In this document: positions 10,151 to 20,453 of the stretch, piece after piece | Layout: every line of letters begins with the position of its first letter | Numbering within the stretch: position 1 is the stretch's first letter | Assembly: GCA_964424775.1 (NCBI GenBank) | Contig: CAYRJZ010000004.1 | Span: forward strand, 3,262 to 67,261 | Direction of reading: 5' to 3' | DNA: 64,000 nt | Source of the DNA: an uncultured Gammaproteobacteria bacterium | GTDB lineage: Bacteria > Patescibacteriota > Microgenomatia > Levybacterales > UBA12049 | The notes under the pieces: model-generated | The model's database searches: none | What the model was told of the DNA's origin: nothing | What the model saw: only the letters and a program-made list of their open reading frames with translations | Program-made: the position numbers and the translations under genes

Positions 10151-11467
10151 ATGTACAAATTTCTTCTGGTATTTGTATTCCTTGCTTTTTTTATTGCTCT
10201 CCATATATTTATTAACACAGTTGCCTATCCCAACACAAAAGTTGGAACGATGGATGTATCGTTTAAAAATAAAAAGGAAATTCAAAAACTTTTGGAGAAA
10301 GAAGAAAAAAAGAACATCGTACTCTCAGCAAAAGAAAGAAAATATACTATTCCACTTCTTTCAATTGGTGTCCACCTTAATAAAAAATCTATACTTGATA
10401 CAGTCTTTACAGAAAACAACAAGCCTTTTCCACGGAATTACCTCTCTTTTTTCAAATCTTTTTATAAAAAAAGAATTATCTCCCCTACACTCACATTTAC
10501 ACCTGAATTTAGACAACGACTTGATATGATGACTTTTGATTTTACAAAAGAAGATGATGTGATCACATTTAATGAAAGTGAAAAATCCTTTGAATTATTC
10601 GACAATCAACAAAAATACAAAATAGATACAACAAGATTTCAGTTCGATATAATTTCAGCCTTCGGAAAAAGTAATACGATAATTACAGCATATTTAACGA
10701 AGATTCCATCAAATAGCAAATTTGAACAAGTAGCAGAATATAATAAAAAACTAGCTTTAGTCTACAGCAAACCTGTATCAATCACCATTGATGGAACTGA
10801 TAAAAAAGTTGAGCTATCACCTCCTGAACTTAAAAGTGTCTTAGGAGCAAGTTACAAAGTAGAAGAAAAAAATATTGATTTGGCAATTGATGAGAATAAA
10901 GTATCAGAACTTCTCAAAAATAAGGAACTAGAAAGAAGAAATGGTGATAGAAGTATTGATCTTGAAAAAGTTAAAACATCTCTCCTTTCTCTTCTTAAAG
11001 AAAGATTTGCTGGACAAGAACAAAATAGTGTAACTGCTTCAATGACATTCTCACCCAACACAGATGGAAGTGTTGCTAGAAAATATATTGAAGTAGATAT
11101 CTCTCAACAAAGAATGTATCGTTTTGAAAATGGCAAAATTATTGCAGAACATGTTGTATCGACAGGACTCTATTATCCAACTCCGACTGGAAAATTTAAA
11201 ATCCTTAATAAAGCAAAAAATGCTTTTTCCGATATTTACAATGTTTGGATGCCTTACTGGATGGCAATTTATTTTGACCCTAAAGTGAAAGCATATATTG
11301 GTATACATGAGCTCCCCTACTGGTACTCAGGAGGTGGAATACAACGAAGACCGCGTGAATTTCTTGGCACCCCTCGAACAGGTGGGTGTATTTCACTTGA
11401 CATGGGCACTGCAAAGGAAGTGCAGGACTGGTCGGAGATAGGCATGCCGGTTCATGTTTACAACTAA
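10151..11467 (+). CDS. L,D-transpeptidase domain protein (YkuD family), membrane-anchored
   Basis: N-terminal TM. C-terminal GIHELPYW...TGGCISLDMGTAKEV catalytic Cys motif of L,D-transpeptidases. Confidence 0.65.
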   Translation: MYKFLLVFVFLAFFIALHIFINTVAYPNTKVGTMDVSFKNKKEIQKLLEKEEKKNIVLSAKERKYTIPLLSIGVHLNKKSILDTVFTENNKPFPRNYLSFFKSFYKKRIISPTLTFTPEFRQRLDMMTFDFTKEDDVITFNESEKSFELFDNQQKYKIDTTRFQFDIISAFGKSNTIITAYLTKIPSNSKFEQVAEYNKKLALVYSKPVSITIDGTDKKVELSPPELKSVLGASYKVEEKNIDLAIDENKVSELLKNKELERRNGDRSIDLEKVKTSLLSLLKERFAGQEQNSVTASMTFSPNTDGSVARKYIEVDISQQRMYRFENGKIIAEHVVSTGLYYPTPTGKFKILNKAKNAFSDIYNVWMPYWMAIYFDPKVKAYIGIHELPYWYSGGGIQRRPREFLGTPRTGGCISLDMGTAKEVQDWSEIGMPVHVYN

Positions 11468-13246
11468 TTATCGCTTTCGTGAAAACCACTCATCCAAAAT
11501 TTCTTTTGCAACAGGACCTGCCTCAGCTGACCCTTCTCCTCGTTCTTCGGCAAGAACTGTCACAATAATTTCTGGATCAAAGGCTGGTGCCATGAGCGTT
11601 ATCCATGCATGAGGAAGTGTTTCTTCACCCCCATGTTGTGCCGTACCTGTTTTGCATGCAACTGTAATTTTCTTCATACCAACTTTAGCTGATCCTGATG
11701 ATTCTTTCACATCAATAATGTTTTTCCCGTCTGCCTTCAGCGTGTCATTCTTTACTGCAAAATTGAAAAGTGGATATGCTGTTCCCCCATCACTACACGC
11801 ACGAATCATCCCCTCTCGAATAAGAGCAACTGTTTTGTCTTGTAATTTACTATCTACTACTAATTGCGGATCTGAATCTTTCACAAGATGAGGAGAATAA
11901 ATCTTTCCCTTATTGGCAATTGCTTGAGTGAACGCATTTACTTGAAGTGGCGTTGTAAGGAGGTATCCTTGTCCAATTCCATAATGATAATTATCTCCCA
12001 AATACCACTGCTCCCCAACATTTGTTATTTTCCACTTTTTTGTCGGAAGAACACCTTTTGCTTCTCCTGCTAAATCAATTCCCAAAACTCGTCCAATACC
12101 CATCTGCCCAGCTGTTTCTGAAAGTCTGTCTACTCCAATTTTCCCGGCAAGTAAATAATAAAAGATATCATTTGAACGAGCCAGTGCTTTCACAACATCT
12201 ACCTCGCCATCCGTTCTTCCATACTGAGTATAAAACCAGTTTGCAAAACTGAATTCACCTATCCGCACTACTCCTGTATCTTCTACTTTATATCTCTCAT
12301 CAATTATTTTTTGATTGAGTCCTGCTGCTGAAGTGATAATTTTAAAAGTTGATCCGGGAGGATAAACACCACTGATTGCCCTATCCAGCAACGGTAAATT
12401 CTTCCCATCCAGAACAACTTCCTCTGCTGATTGATAGCCACTTGTTGATGCTTTATATGATTCATCAAGAGTAAAAAGATTTGGATCAAATGAAGGTTTG
12501 GAGATAAGAGTGAGAACTTCTCCTTTTGGATTGGTCACAATAACTGCACCTTTGGGATTGTCGCGCATTGCATTGAAAGATGCTTGCTGTAATTTTACAT
12601 CAAGTGTCAGTGTTATATTATTTCCTGGAATTGGATCTGTCTGTCCTAACACCCGCACTTCCTGCCCAGTGGCATTTACTTCGATAAGCTGTTTGCCATT
12701 GATTCCTTTTAAGAATGGCTCATACTGCCACTCCAAACCTGTCTTACCTACCCAGTCAGTAATAAGATACTCTGCATACCTTTCACTTTCTAACTCTTCC
12801 TTTGTTATCTGTCCAACATACCCGAGCACATGAGCAAATGCATCTTTATAGGGATAACTTCGCATGGAATCAATAAGAATACTTTCATCTCCATTTGCAA
12901 TTCCTTCGAGTGCTTTTTCCCGACTTACAAGTGCAGTTTTCTCTCCTTGAATCTTTCTAAATCCAGGAGCATTAATTACTAATGGAACATTATTTCTATC
13001 AAAAAGAACTCCACGGGGTGCGAAAATTATCTTTGTTCTAATTCTATTTGAGTCAGAAAGAGTTCGATAATATGCTCCTTTCACAACTTGAAGATTAATG
13101 AGTTGGAATGAGAGTATCAACAATCCTATTCCTAATATAATAAGGAGAAAAAAGCCACGAGGTTTGTTATTCTCTTCTTCAGTATATTTTCGACGATATA
13201 CTTTTTCTGTCTTGATATGATCCCCAAACGCAATTCCAGTTTTCAT
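11468..13246 (-). CDS. mrdA: Penicillin-binding protein 2 (peptidoglycan D,D-transpeptidase)
   Basis: N-terminal TM. STFK (PPGSTFKIITSAAGL) and KTGTAQ motifs. Located downstream of mreBCD. Confidence 0.85.
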   Translation of the reverse strand: MKTGIAFGDHIKTEKVYRRKYTEEENNKPRGFFLLIILGIGLLILSFQLINLQVVKGAYYRTLSDSNRIRTKIIFAPRGVLFDRNNVPLVINAPGFRKIQGEKTALVSREKALEGIANGDESILIDSMRSYPYKDAFAHVLGYVGQITKEELESERYAEYLITDWVGKTGLEWQYEPFLKGINGKQLIEVNATGQEVRVLGQTDPIPGNNITLTLDVKLQQASFNAMRDNPKGAVIVTNPKGEVLTLISKPSFDPNLFTLDESYKASTSGYQSAEEVVLDGKNLPLLDRAISGVYPPGSTFKIITSAAGLNQKIIDERYKVEDTGVVRIGEFSFANWFYTQYGRTDGEVDVVKALARSNDIFYYLLAGKIGVDRLSETAGQMGIGRVLGIDLAGEAKGVLPTKKWKITNVGEQWYLGDNYHYGIGQGYLLTTPLQVNAFTQAIANKGKIYSPHLVKDSDPQLVVDSKLQDKTVALIREGMIRACSDGGTAYPLFNFAVKNDTLKADGKNIIDVKESSGSAKVGMKKITVACKTGTAQHGGEETLPHAWITLMAPAFDPEIIVTVLAEERGEGSAEAGPVAKEILDEWFSRKR

Positions 13247-13677
13247 AGCCGTTGAAATGAAGTATGACTCTTCTTTTGTTGCATTTTTTTAATAAATGAA
13301 TATCCAGCCAGTGTTAAGGAAAATGTTACGAATATTTGAAATATAAGCGACGGAGTATCAAAATAAATTGCATAGAGAATATTTCCAACTACACTTAGGG
13401 TGAGAACAAAAGGTAAAGATAAAACTTCAAACTTTCGATCATATAATAAAACAATGAGGAGAAAAAGCAAATAAAAAATACTCGTACTCCCCATCATTCG
13501 CAAGAGCATTGAATCAAGTAAAATACCGCAGATAAAGGCAACAAAAAAAACATAAGGTTTTTTCGTAAATACAAAAAGTAATAACATCCCCGTTAATAGA
13601 AATGGAATAGAAGTAATCGAACTTTCCAGAAAAAGCGCTACTAAGAATAGGACGACAACAATTATTTTTTTAATCAT
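13243..13677 (-). CDS. mreD: Rod shape-determining protein MreD
   Basis: 144-aa polytopic hydrophobic protein between mreC and mrdA with a 4-nt overlap. Called on position and hydrophobicity. Confidence 0.55.
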   Translation of the reverse strand: MIKKIIVVVLFLVALFLESSITSIPFLLTGMLLLFVFTKKPYVFFVAFICGILLDSMLLRMMGSTSIFYLLFLLIVLLYDRKFEVLSLPFVLTLSVVGNILYAIYFDTPSLIFQIFVTFSLTLAGYSFIKKMQQKKSHTSFQRL

Positions 13678-13679
13678 TT

Positions 13680-14459
13680 TTACGGGAGTAAAACAAAAAC
13701 CATAGTTACTCGTGAAGAGTCTAAAAGAGGCGCAACTTCTGCTGTCTGAAACAAACTGCTAGGTTTTTTGTCAACAGACACAATTTTTCCTAGTACAAGT
13801 CCAGGCGGACTGCCAATACCTTCGCTATTTAATGAACCTTTCGTAACTACAAAATCATCTTTTTTTAAAGATTCAGATAAGATGACATTATCTAAGAGAA
13901 GAGACGAACCTTGCCCTTTTATCACCCCAAGTGCATTGGTGCCACTTGTGCGGGCAGTGATTGAAAATCCTTTTTTTGTCGATACCTCAACTATACTTAA
14001 GTTATGTGAGGTCTTTACTATTTTCCCAAAGAGAATATCTCCCACGACGACCATTTGCCCCACCTTTACACCATTCCTACTCCCTTTATCTATCGTGATT
14101 CTTTCCGGATTACCTACACCTGAAACAAATGATTCATATCCTACTATTTCGGCTGGTAAAAGGTTTTGGGATGGAGGCTCGCTTATTTTGAATTGATCTC
14201 TTAGTGCTTTAATTTCTCTCTCTTGTTCATCAATTTTTGTTTGTAGCAACCGCACTTGTTCATCTTCCTTCACCAGACTTTTCTCATTCGAGTTCACATC
14301 TGCATACGCTGTAAAAATTGCTCGTTGAAATGGAAGCAAGGTGGATTGAAAAATTGATCGTAGTGGTTCAGTTGCACCTGCAGTCGATAACAAGAGAAGA
14401 AAAACAGAGAGTACACTTAAAAAGAAAAAAGAGGAAAGATAAGGTGACCTTTTCTGCAT
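13680..14459 (-). CDS. mreC: Rod shape-determining protein MreC
   Basis: N-terminal TM, coiled coil (LQTKIDEQEREIKALRDQF), then beta-rich domain. Immediately downstream of mreB. Confidence 0.7.
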   Translation of the reverse strand: MQKRSPYLSSFFFLSVLSVFLLLLSTAGATEPLRSIFQSTLLPFQRAIFTAYADVNSNEKSLVKEDEQVRLLQTKIDEQEREIKALRDQFKISEPPSQNLLPAEIVGYESFVSGVGNPERITIDKGSRNGVKVGQMVVVGDILFGKIVKTSHNLSIVEVSTKKGFSITARTSGTNALGVIKGQGSSLLLDNVILSESLKKDDFVVTKGSLNSEGIGSPPGLVLGKIVSVDKKPSSLFQTAEVAPLLDSSRVTMVFVLLP

Positions 14460-14496
14460 GCAAGTATTGTAGCGCCGGTCATCCTTACAAGCAACC

Positions 14497-15633
14497 CTAC
14501 TTCAGTCCGCCAATAACTTTCACACGATTTAAAAGTGCTTCATCTTCCAGAGCCTTTCCTGTACCACGCACAACTGATGTTAATGAGTCATCCGAAACAA
14601 TAACAGGCATGTGTGTTCTCTCTACTATTAATTGATCAAGACCCGCTAAGTTTGCACCGCCACCTGTCACAAGGATTCCGCGTTCAAGAATGTCTCCTAG
14701 TAATTCAGGTGGTGCTTCCTCAATCACATCCGCTATTCCTTCAATAATCTGTCTGAGTACTGGAGCGAGTGCTTCCCTCACTTCTGATTCAGTAACTTTT
14801 ATACTTCGTGGTAGTCCTGTCTCGATGTCTCGTCCTCTTACAATAGCCATTTTCTCTGATCCTTCATACCCTTGATCTACTATTTCTCCATTTTCTTTAT
14901 TCTTCTCTTCTTTTGACGACTTTAATTTTGCCCTGGACTTGGCTGTTTTTTGATATGCGCTCCCGATTGTCATCTTCAAATCTTCTGCTGTCCGTTCTCC
15001 AAGAAGGATGCCATGTTTGAGTCTCATATAATGAAGAATTGCCTGATCCATATCATCTCCTGCTAATTTAATTGACCGGCTTACAACAATCCCTCCCAAT
15101 GAAATAACTGCAATCTCGGTCGTTCCTCCACCAATATCAACGACCATCACACCTGCTGACGCGTCTACGGTTACTCCTTCTCCTATTGCTGCTGCCATTG
15201 GCTCCTCTATAAGAAATGCCTCTCCTGCACCTGCACTCAATGCTGCTTCCCACACTGCCCGACGCTCAACTTCAGTGACTGATGAGGGGATACCTATTAC
15301 GACACGAGGTCTACTTAATAATGACTGAAAAGGTGATCCCATAGATAGGACTTGTTTCATATAGTAAGTAATCATAGCCTGGGTAGCATCAAAATCTGAA
15401 ATAACCCCCCCTTTCAAAGGACGAATTGTGAGAATACTCGCAGGTGTTTTTCCAACCATTTTTTTCGCTTCACTTCCAATGGCAATGACTTCCTTTGTCT
15501 TTTTTCGCATCGCGACAACAGATGGCTCACGAATAACTATTCCCTTTCCCTTAACAAAAACGAGTGTATTCGCAGTTCCCAGGTCAATTCCAACGTCAAC
15601 TGCGAAAAAACGAAATAACGAGGTGAGTCTCAT
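14497..15633 (-). CDS. mreB: Rod shape-determining protein MreB (actin homologue) with Lys-rich insertion
   Basis: IDLGTANTLVFVKGKGIV phosphate-1 motif and DIGGGTTEIAVIS phosphate-2 motif. About 25-aa K-rich insert (KTAKSRAKLKSSKEEKNKENGE) not present in canonical MreB. Confidence 0.9.
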   Translation of the reverse strand: MRLTSLFRFFAVDVGIDLGTANTLVFVKGKGIVIREPSVVAMRKKTKEVIAIGSEAKKMVGKTPASILTIRPLKGGVISDFDATQAMITYYMKQVLSMGSPFQSLLSRPRVVIGIPSSVTEVERRAVWEAALSAGAGEAFLIEEPMAAAIGEGVTVDASAGVMVVDIGGGTTEIAVISLGGIVVSRSIKLAGDDMDQAILHYMRLKHGILLGERTAEDLKMTIGSAYQKTAKSRAKLKSSKEEKNKENGEIVDQGYEGSEKMAIVRGRDIETGLPRSIKVTESEVREALAPVLRQIIEGIADVIEEAPPELLGDILERGILVTGGGANLAGLDQLIVERTHMPVIVSDDSLTSVVRGTGKALEDEALLNRVKVIGGLK

Positions 15634-15755
15634 ACCACCACTATTCTAACAACTCTATGCTCATGTGACTAGTGTTTCTATCCGATCCTTGTTCGTACAA
15701 TTTTGATGTGATAGGATGAGTACACTGAGCTAGTTCGATAACCTCAGATAATGAC

Positions 15756-17993
15756 ATGAAATCATCTTTCATTAATCTTTGCGAAAAAATAATCACCTTT
15801 TCCTTTTATGCACTTTTTGCACTCATCCCCATTGTGATGACAAATACCACATCAGAACTTTTTGAACTGAATAAAATGTGGCTCACCTGGGGACTTTCAA
15901 TTGTCATTCTTGCGTCATGGATAATAAAGATGATCCTTCAAAGAGAAATCTTTGTTCAGCGTACTCCTCTGGATATACCAATTATACTTTTTCTTCTCTC
16001 TCAAATAATCTCTACCATATTTTCTCTTGACTCTCGTGTCTCATGGTGGGGGTATTATTCACGTTTTAATGGTGGTCTTCTTTCTTTTCTCTCCTATGCA
16101 GCACTCTACTATGCATATGCGTCAAATATGTCACGGGGACAAATGTACACAACTATAAAAGTCATTCTAGCAACTGCAGTATTTGTTGCACTTTGGGGAT
16201 TACCATCACATTTTGGAGCAGATCCTTCATGTCTCTTATTTAGAGGGACACTTGACGTTTCATGTTGGACAGAAGCATTCCAACCAACAATTCGTATCTT
16301 CTCTACTCTCGGTCAGCCAGCTTGGCTCGCTGCCTATCTTGCGGCACTAATCCCACTTGCAGTCGCTTATTCCATTTCTCATGCAGAAAAAGAAAAACAG
16401 TCATCACCTATCTCCTCATTTACAGACTGGAAATTTATTTCCTATGTCATAATTACTGCAATTTTTTATCTTGATCTTGTTTATTCAAATACGAGAGGTG
16501 GATTTTTGGCATTCTGGGCAGCAAATATTCTTTTTTGGGGAGTTCTTTTTATACGACGAACATTTCATCTCAAAAAATTTATCCAATATGCACTTCTTTT
16601 TAATGTAATTTTTCTCATCATTAACTTTTTCTCTGGAACACCCATTCCACAACTTGATTCTTTTACTTTCTCCGGTATACAAAAGTTAGCTACACGCTCT
16701 GCTACTAACCCAACAACACCCCCAACAAATACTCCTGCCCAACCAGCAGCAGGAGGTACAGAATCAGGTAATATCAGACTCTATGTCTGGAAAGGTGCAA
16801 TTGATGCGTGGAAGGCAAATCCAATTTTTGGAACAGGAGTCGAGACGTTCGCTTTTGCTTATTACAAACACCGACCTGCTGGACACAATCTCACATCAGA
16901 ATGGGATTATCTCTATAACAAAGCACATAATGAGTATCTCAACTACCTCACAACAACTGGTATTGCCGGCCTCATTACTTATATCTCTATAATTACACTC
17001 TTTCTCTTTTATGCAACAAAATCTATGCTTCGTAAAAATGACGATGAAGAGACTAAAACTCTTATGCCTACTCTTTTCTCGCTTGCATTAGTAACTGGAT
17101 TTGTGAGTATTCTTATCTCAAATTTCTTTGGATTCTCAGTCGTCATGATGAACGTTTTTCTGTTCTTTTTCCCTCTTTTCTACTTTTTTATCAATAAACA
17201 CATCCAAACTAAAAAAGCATTAAACTTCTCTTTCACTTCTCACAAATACGACAAAAATTATATTGATCCATATCAGTGGACTGGAATAATTCTTATATTT
17301 CTCGTTTCATTTTATTCACTTTTTCTCTTGATGAGATTCTGGCAAGCTGATAAGGCGTATGCACTCGGATACAATCTCTCACGAGCAGGTGACATTCAAG
17401 GTGCTTACACAAACCTCACTGAAGCGGTACGACTCCGTTCAGCAGAACCAGTTATAAAAGATGAATATGCGGTCAATCTTGCAACAATAGCCACTGCACT
17501 CCAACAGAATAATGAAGCAAGTAATGCCGCTCAATTTGCGCAGCAGGCAGTTCTTCTTTCAGACGAAATCGTTTCGAACCATCCTAATAATGTTACATTC
17601 TGGAAAAGCCGAGTCCGCATTTTCTATCTATTAAGTCAAACTGATCCACGCTATAATACGGAATCTCTCAAGGCAATTGAAAAAGCATCCGAACTTGCCC
17701 CAACAGATGCAAAGGTCTTGTATAATCTAGGAGTCATTGCAGGTCAAAATGGTAACCCGAAACGAGGAATAGAAGTACTTACAAAAACCATTCAACTCAA
17801 ACCTGATTATAGAGATCCTTACTATGCTCGAGGATTATTTTATAGACAGCTTGCAGTAGATCAAAATGATAGAGTGATTAATAACGATATGCAACAGAAA
17901 GCTATAAATGATATGAAATATATTTTAGAAAATATGAGCAAAGATGATGAAGCTGCTCAAACCGCCCTGAAAGGATGGGGTGTTACTCTCTAG
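15756..17993 (+). CDS. O-antigen ligase (Wzy_C) domain membrane protein with C-terminal TPR repeats
   Basis: Polytopic N-terminal region. HNEYLNYLTTTGIAGL matches the O-antigen ligase H-N-x-[YF]-L signature. C-terminal about 250 aa are TPR-like. Confidence 0.65.
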   Translation: MKSSFINLCEKIITFSFYALFALIPIVMTNTTSELFELNKMWLTWGLSIVILASWIIKMILQREIFVQRTPLDIPIILFLLSQIISTIFSLDSRVSWWGYYSRFNGGLLSFLSYAALYYAYASNMSRGQMYTTIKVILATAVFVALWGLPSHFGADPSCLLFRGTLDVSCWTEAFQPTIRIFSTLGQPAWLAAYLAALIPLAVAYSISHAEKEKQSSPISSFTDWKFISYVIITAIFYLDLVYSNTRGGFLAFWAANILFWGVLFIRRTFHLKKFIQYALLFNVIFLIINFFSGTPIPQLDSFTFSGIQKLATRSATNPTTPPTNTPAQPAAGGTESGNIRLYVWKGAIDAWKANPIFGTGVETFAFAYYKHRPAGHNLTSEWDYLYNKAHNEYLNYLTTTGIAGLITYISIITLFLFYATKSMLRKNDDEETKTLMPTLFSLALVTGFVSILISNFFGFSVVMMNVFLFFFPLFYFFINKHIQTKKALNFSFTSHKYDKNYIDPYQWTGIILIFLVSFYSLFLLMRFWQADKAYALGYNLSRAGDIQGAYTNLTEAVRLRSAEPVIKDEYAVNLATIATALQQNNEASNAAQFAQQAVLLSDEIVSNHPNNVTFWKSRVRIFYLLSQTDPRYNTESLKAIEKASELAPTDAKVLYNLGVIAGQNGNPKRGIEVLTKTIQLKPDYRDPYYARGLFYRQLAVDQNDRVINNDMQQKAINDMKYILENMSKDDEAAQTALKGWGVTL

Positions 17994-17994
17994 T

Positions 17995-18555
17995 ATGCTT
18001 AAAATTGTTCAAGCTCCTCTTCCAGTTCTTGCTAAAAAGGCCGAAAAGATAAATAAAATTGACCAAAGTACTTTAGATTTGATTGATGAGATGACTGTGA
18101 CTCTTGAGAACGCTCGTGATCCAGAGGGAGTCGGGCTTGCAGCGCCACAGGTTGGAAAGTCTCTCCAACTCTTTATTGTTAAAGAGTCGAAAAAAGCCAA
18201 GCTTCAGGTATTTATAAATCCTGTTCTTTCAATACCAGCAGGACAAAAATTGTCATACACTGAGACACCGAAAAATGATGAAAAAAAAGAAGTAAAACTT
18301 GAAGGGTGTCTGTCCCTTCAAGATATTTGGGGAATTGTTGAAAGATATGAGAAAGTTCAGCTTACTTATCAAGATGAAAAAGGGACAACTCATACCCAAC
18401 ATTTTGATGGTTTTCTTGCAACCATAATTCAACATGAAGTTGACCATTTGAATGGCATCCTTTTCCCACAGAGAGTTTTAGAACAAAATGGCAAACTCTA
18501 CAAATCCCATGTTAATAAAGATGGCGAGATGGAGTTTGATGAAATTACCGTATGA
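17995..18555 (+). CDS. def: Peptide deformylase
   Basis: EGCLS and HEVDHLNG metal-binding motifs. Start placed at MLKIV, the ATG at 17995. Confidence 0.85.
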   Translation: MLKIVQAPLPVLAKKAEKINKIDQSTLDLIDEMTVTLENARDPEGVGLAAPQVGKSLQLFIVKESKKAKLQVFINPVLSIPAGQKLSYTETPKNDEKKEVKLEGCLSLQDIWGIVERYEKVQLTYQDEKGTTHTQHFDGFLATIIQHEVDHLNGILFPQRVLEQNGKLYKSHVNKDGEMEFDEITV

Positions 18556-19415
18556 TTCGTATAGTCTTTTTTGGGACACCTCACTTCGTTGTTCCGATTC
18601 TCACATCACTCGCAACACAATTTGAAATTGTCGGCGTGGTCACAGCCCCAGATGCACCAGTAGGAAGAGGAAACAACATGACTCCTTCACCTGTGAAAAA
18701 AGCTGTATTAGAAATATCCCCAGATATAAAAATATTTACACCAGAAAAATTAAATACTTCGATTATTTCTGACCTTAGCAGCCTTAATCCCGATTTATTT
18801 GTCGTTGCAGCATATGGAAAAATAATTCCTTTAAATATCCTTTCTATTCCTCGTTTTGGCTCTCTTAATGTTCACCCCTCTCTCCTTCCAGAACTTCGAG
18901 GACCCTCTCCTATCCAAACCGCAATTCGTGATGGAAAAAAAATCTCAGGAATCTCAATTATAAAAATGGATGAGAAAATGGATCATGGTCCACTCATTGC
19001 TCAGTGGGAATTTCCTCTATCGTCAGAAGATACTTTCGAATCACTTCAGAAAAGCATGTTCGCCTTTAGTGCAGAAAAACTTCCAGAGACTATTACACGA
19101 TATATAAAAGGGGAAATCGTACCAATACCTCAAGATGAATCAAAAGTGAGTTTTTGCGAGTTAATTAAAAAAGAAGATGGATATATTGACCTTCAAAAAG
19201 ATATTGATCCTGAAGAGTTAGATCGAAAAATAAGAGCGTTTTTCCCATGGCCAACTGTCTGGACAAAAGTAAAAACCAAGACGAATGAAGAAAAAATCCT
19301 CAAATTACTCCCAAATAAAATGATACAGATTGAAGGAAAAAATCAGATGACCATGAAAGACTTTTTTAATGGATATCCTGAACTTAAGCAGATACTGGAG
19401 AGACTTCTGGTGTAA
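18552..19415 (+). CDS. fmt: Methionyl-tRNA formyltransferase
   Basis: IVFFGTPHFVVPIL and NVHPSLLPELRGPSPIQTAI motifs. Overlaps def by 4 nt. Confidence 0.85.
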   Translation: MIRIVFFGTPHFVVPILTSLATQFEIVGVVTAPDAPVGRGNNMTPSPVKKAVLEISPDIKIFTPEKLNTSIISDLSSLNPDLFVVAAYGKIIPLNILSIPRFGSLNVHPSLLPELRGPSPIQTAIRDGKKISGISIIKMDEKMDHGPLIAQWEFPLSSEDTFESLQKSMFAFSAEKLPETITRYIKGEIVPIPQDESKVSFCELIKKEDGYIDLQKDIDPEELDRKIRAFFPWPTVWTKVKTKTNEEKILKLLPNKMIQIEGKNQMTMKDFFNGYPELKQILERLLV

Positions 19416-19617
19416 TTACTTCTTCTTCGATAGCAGTAACTTTCTTATACATTCTCAAACACTTTGTGCAGAGTTTGACTCTTTTTGCTGTTCCATCCAC
19501 AACAACACGAGTCGAATGGAGATTGGGTTTGAAAACCCTTCCAGTTCGTCGTTTTGAGTGAGAAACGTTGTGTCCATATAGAACACCTTTTCCACATGAT
19601 GCACATTTCATTGCCAT
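19384..19617 (-). CDS. rpmB: 50S ribosomal protein L28
   Basis: MAMKCASCGKGVLYGHNVSHSKRRTGRVFKPNLH matches L28. Converges on fmt and overlaps its 3' end. Confidence 0.8.
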   Translation of the reverse strand: MAMKCASCGKGVLYGHNVSHSKRRTGRVFKPNLHSTRVVVDGTAKRVKLCTKCLRMYKKVTAIEEEVITPEVSPVSA

Positions 19618-19724
19618 ATTTACCTCTTTGAATTGCTAGTATACTAAAAAATAGCTATAATTACAAATAGATAATACTCAAAGCTTCTCAATCATCAAAT
19701 TAAAGCTTTGAGATTTATTGTATT

Positions 19725-20378
19725 ATGGATGGAATTTTTAGCCCTGTAGGACTGTTAACCCTTGGTATACTCATTTATTCAGCTATTCTTCATGAGATAG
19801 CGCATGGATACGTAGCTGAGCGACTCGGCGATCCAACAGCACGACTTTTAGGAAGACTTACCCTCAATCCTCGACCACATATTGATCTCTTTATGAGTAT
19901 CATTCTTCCTCTTCTTCTCTTCCTTTCAAATACTGGTATCATCTTTGGAGGAGCAAAACCAGTTCCAGTTGATCCGTTCAATCTTAAAGAAGGACGAAAA
20001 GATATTGCTCTTGTCTCACTTGCAGGTCCTGCAACAAATATACTTCTTGTACTCATTGGAACAGCTATCTTTAAAGTGTTTAGTCTTGGCGATCTCCAAA
20101 CTTCAACTCTTGGTCTGATCTCATCTCTTGTAGTTGGAACAATAATAAAAGTAAACCTCTCCCTAGCTATCTTTAACTTACTTCCAATTCCTCCTCTTGA
20201 TGGATCAAAGGTATTCGCACTTCTTCTTCCTGAAAAAATGGCAGATACCTATCTTTCCCTCAGTTCAATCGGTACTTTACTCCTTCTTATTCTTCTCATG
20301 TTCCCAATTGGTGGCTTTTCACTTATGAACCTTGTGAGTAGTCTTTACATTTTCTCACTCAACTTACTCGGCTTTTAA
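19725..20378 (+). CDS. Site-2 protease family zinc metalloprotease (peptidase M50)
   Basis: HEIAHG zinc motif in a TM helix. Polytopic. LPIPPLDGSKV second motif. Confidence 0.75.
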   Translation: MDGIFSPVGLLTLGILIYSAILHEIAHGYVAERLGDPTARLLGRLTLNPRPHIDLFMSIILPLLLFLSNTGIIFGGAKPVPVDPFNLKEGRKDIALVSLAGPATNILLVLIGTAIFKVFSLGDLQTSTLGLISSLVVGTIIKVNLSLAIFNLLPIPPLDGSKVFALLLPEKMADTYLSLSSIGTLLLLILLMFPIGGFSLMNLVSSLYIFSLNLLGF

Positions 20379-20412
20379 TTTAACGAGATTTTCACGATAA
20401 AAGACTATATAC

Positions 20413-20447
20413 CTTGACACTCCTTAATGATCCACATATACTGAGGC
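20413..20447 (+). promoter_or_regulatory. Near-consensus sigma70 promoter (TTGACA-N17-TATACT)
   Basis: ttgaca ctccttaatgatccaca tatact read directly from the sequence. No protein gene follows on this strand before the terminator at 20634. Confidence 0.6.
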
Positions 20448-20453
20448 TGCTCT

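Noticed and set aside
10110-10529. 139-aa plus-strand ORF
   Set aside because: It overlaps the L,D-transpeptidase gene in another frame and has a low-complexity product. The 438-aa frame carries the conserved catalytic motif.
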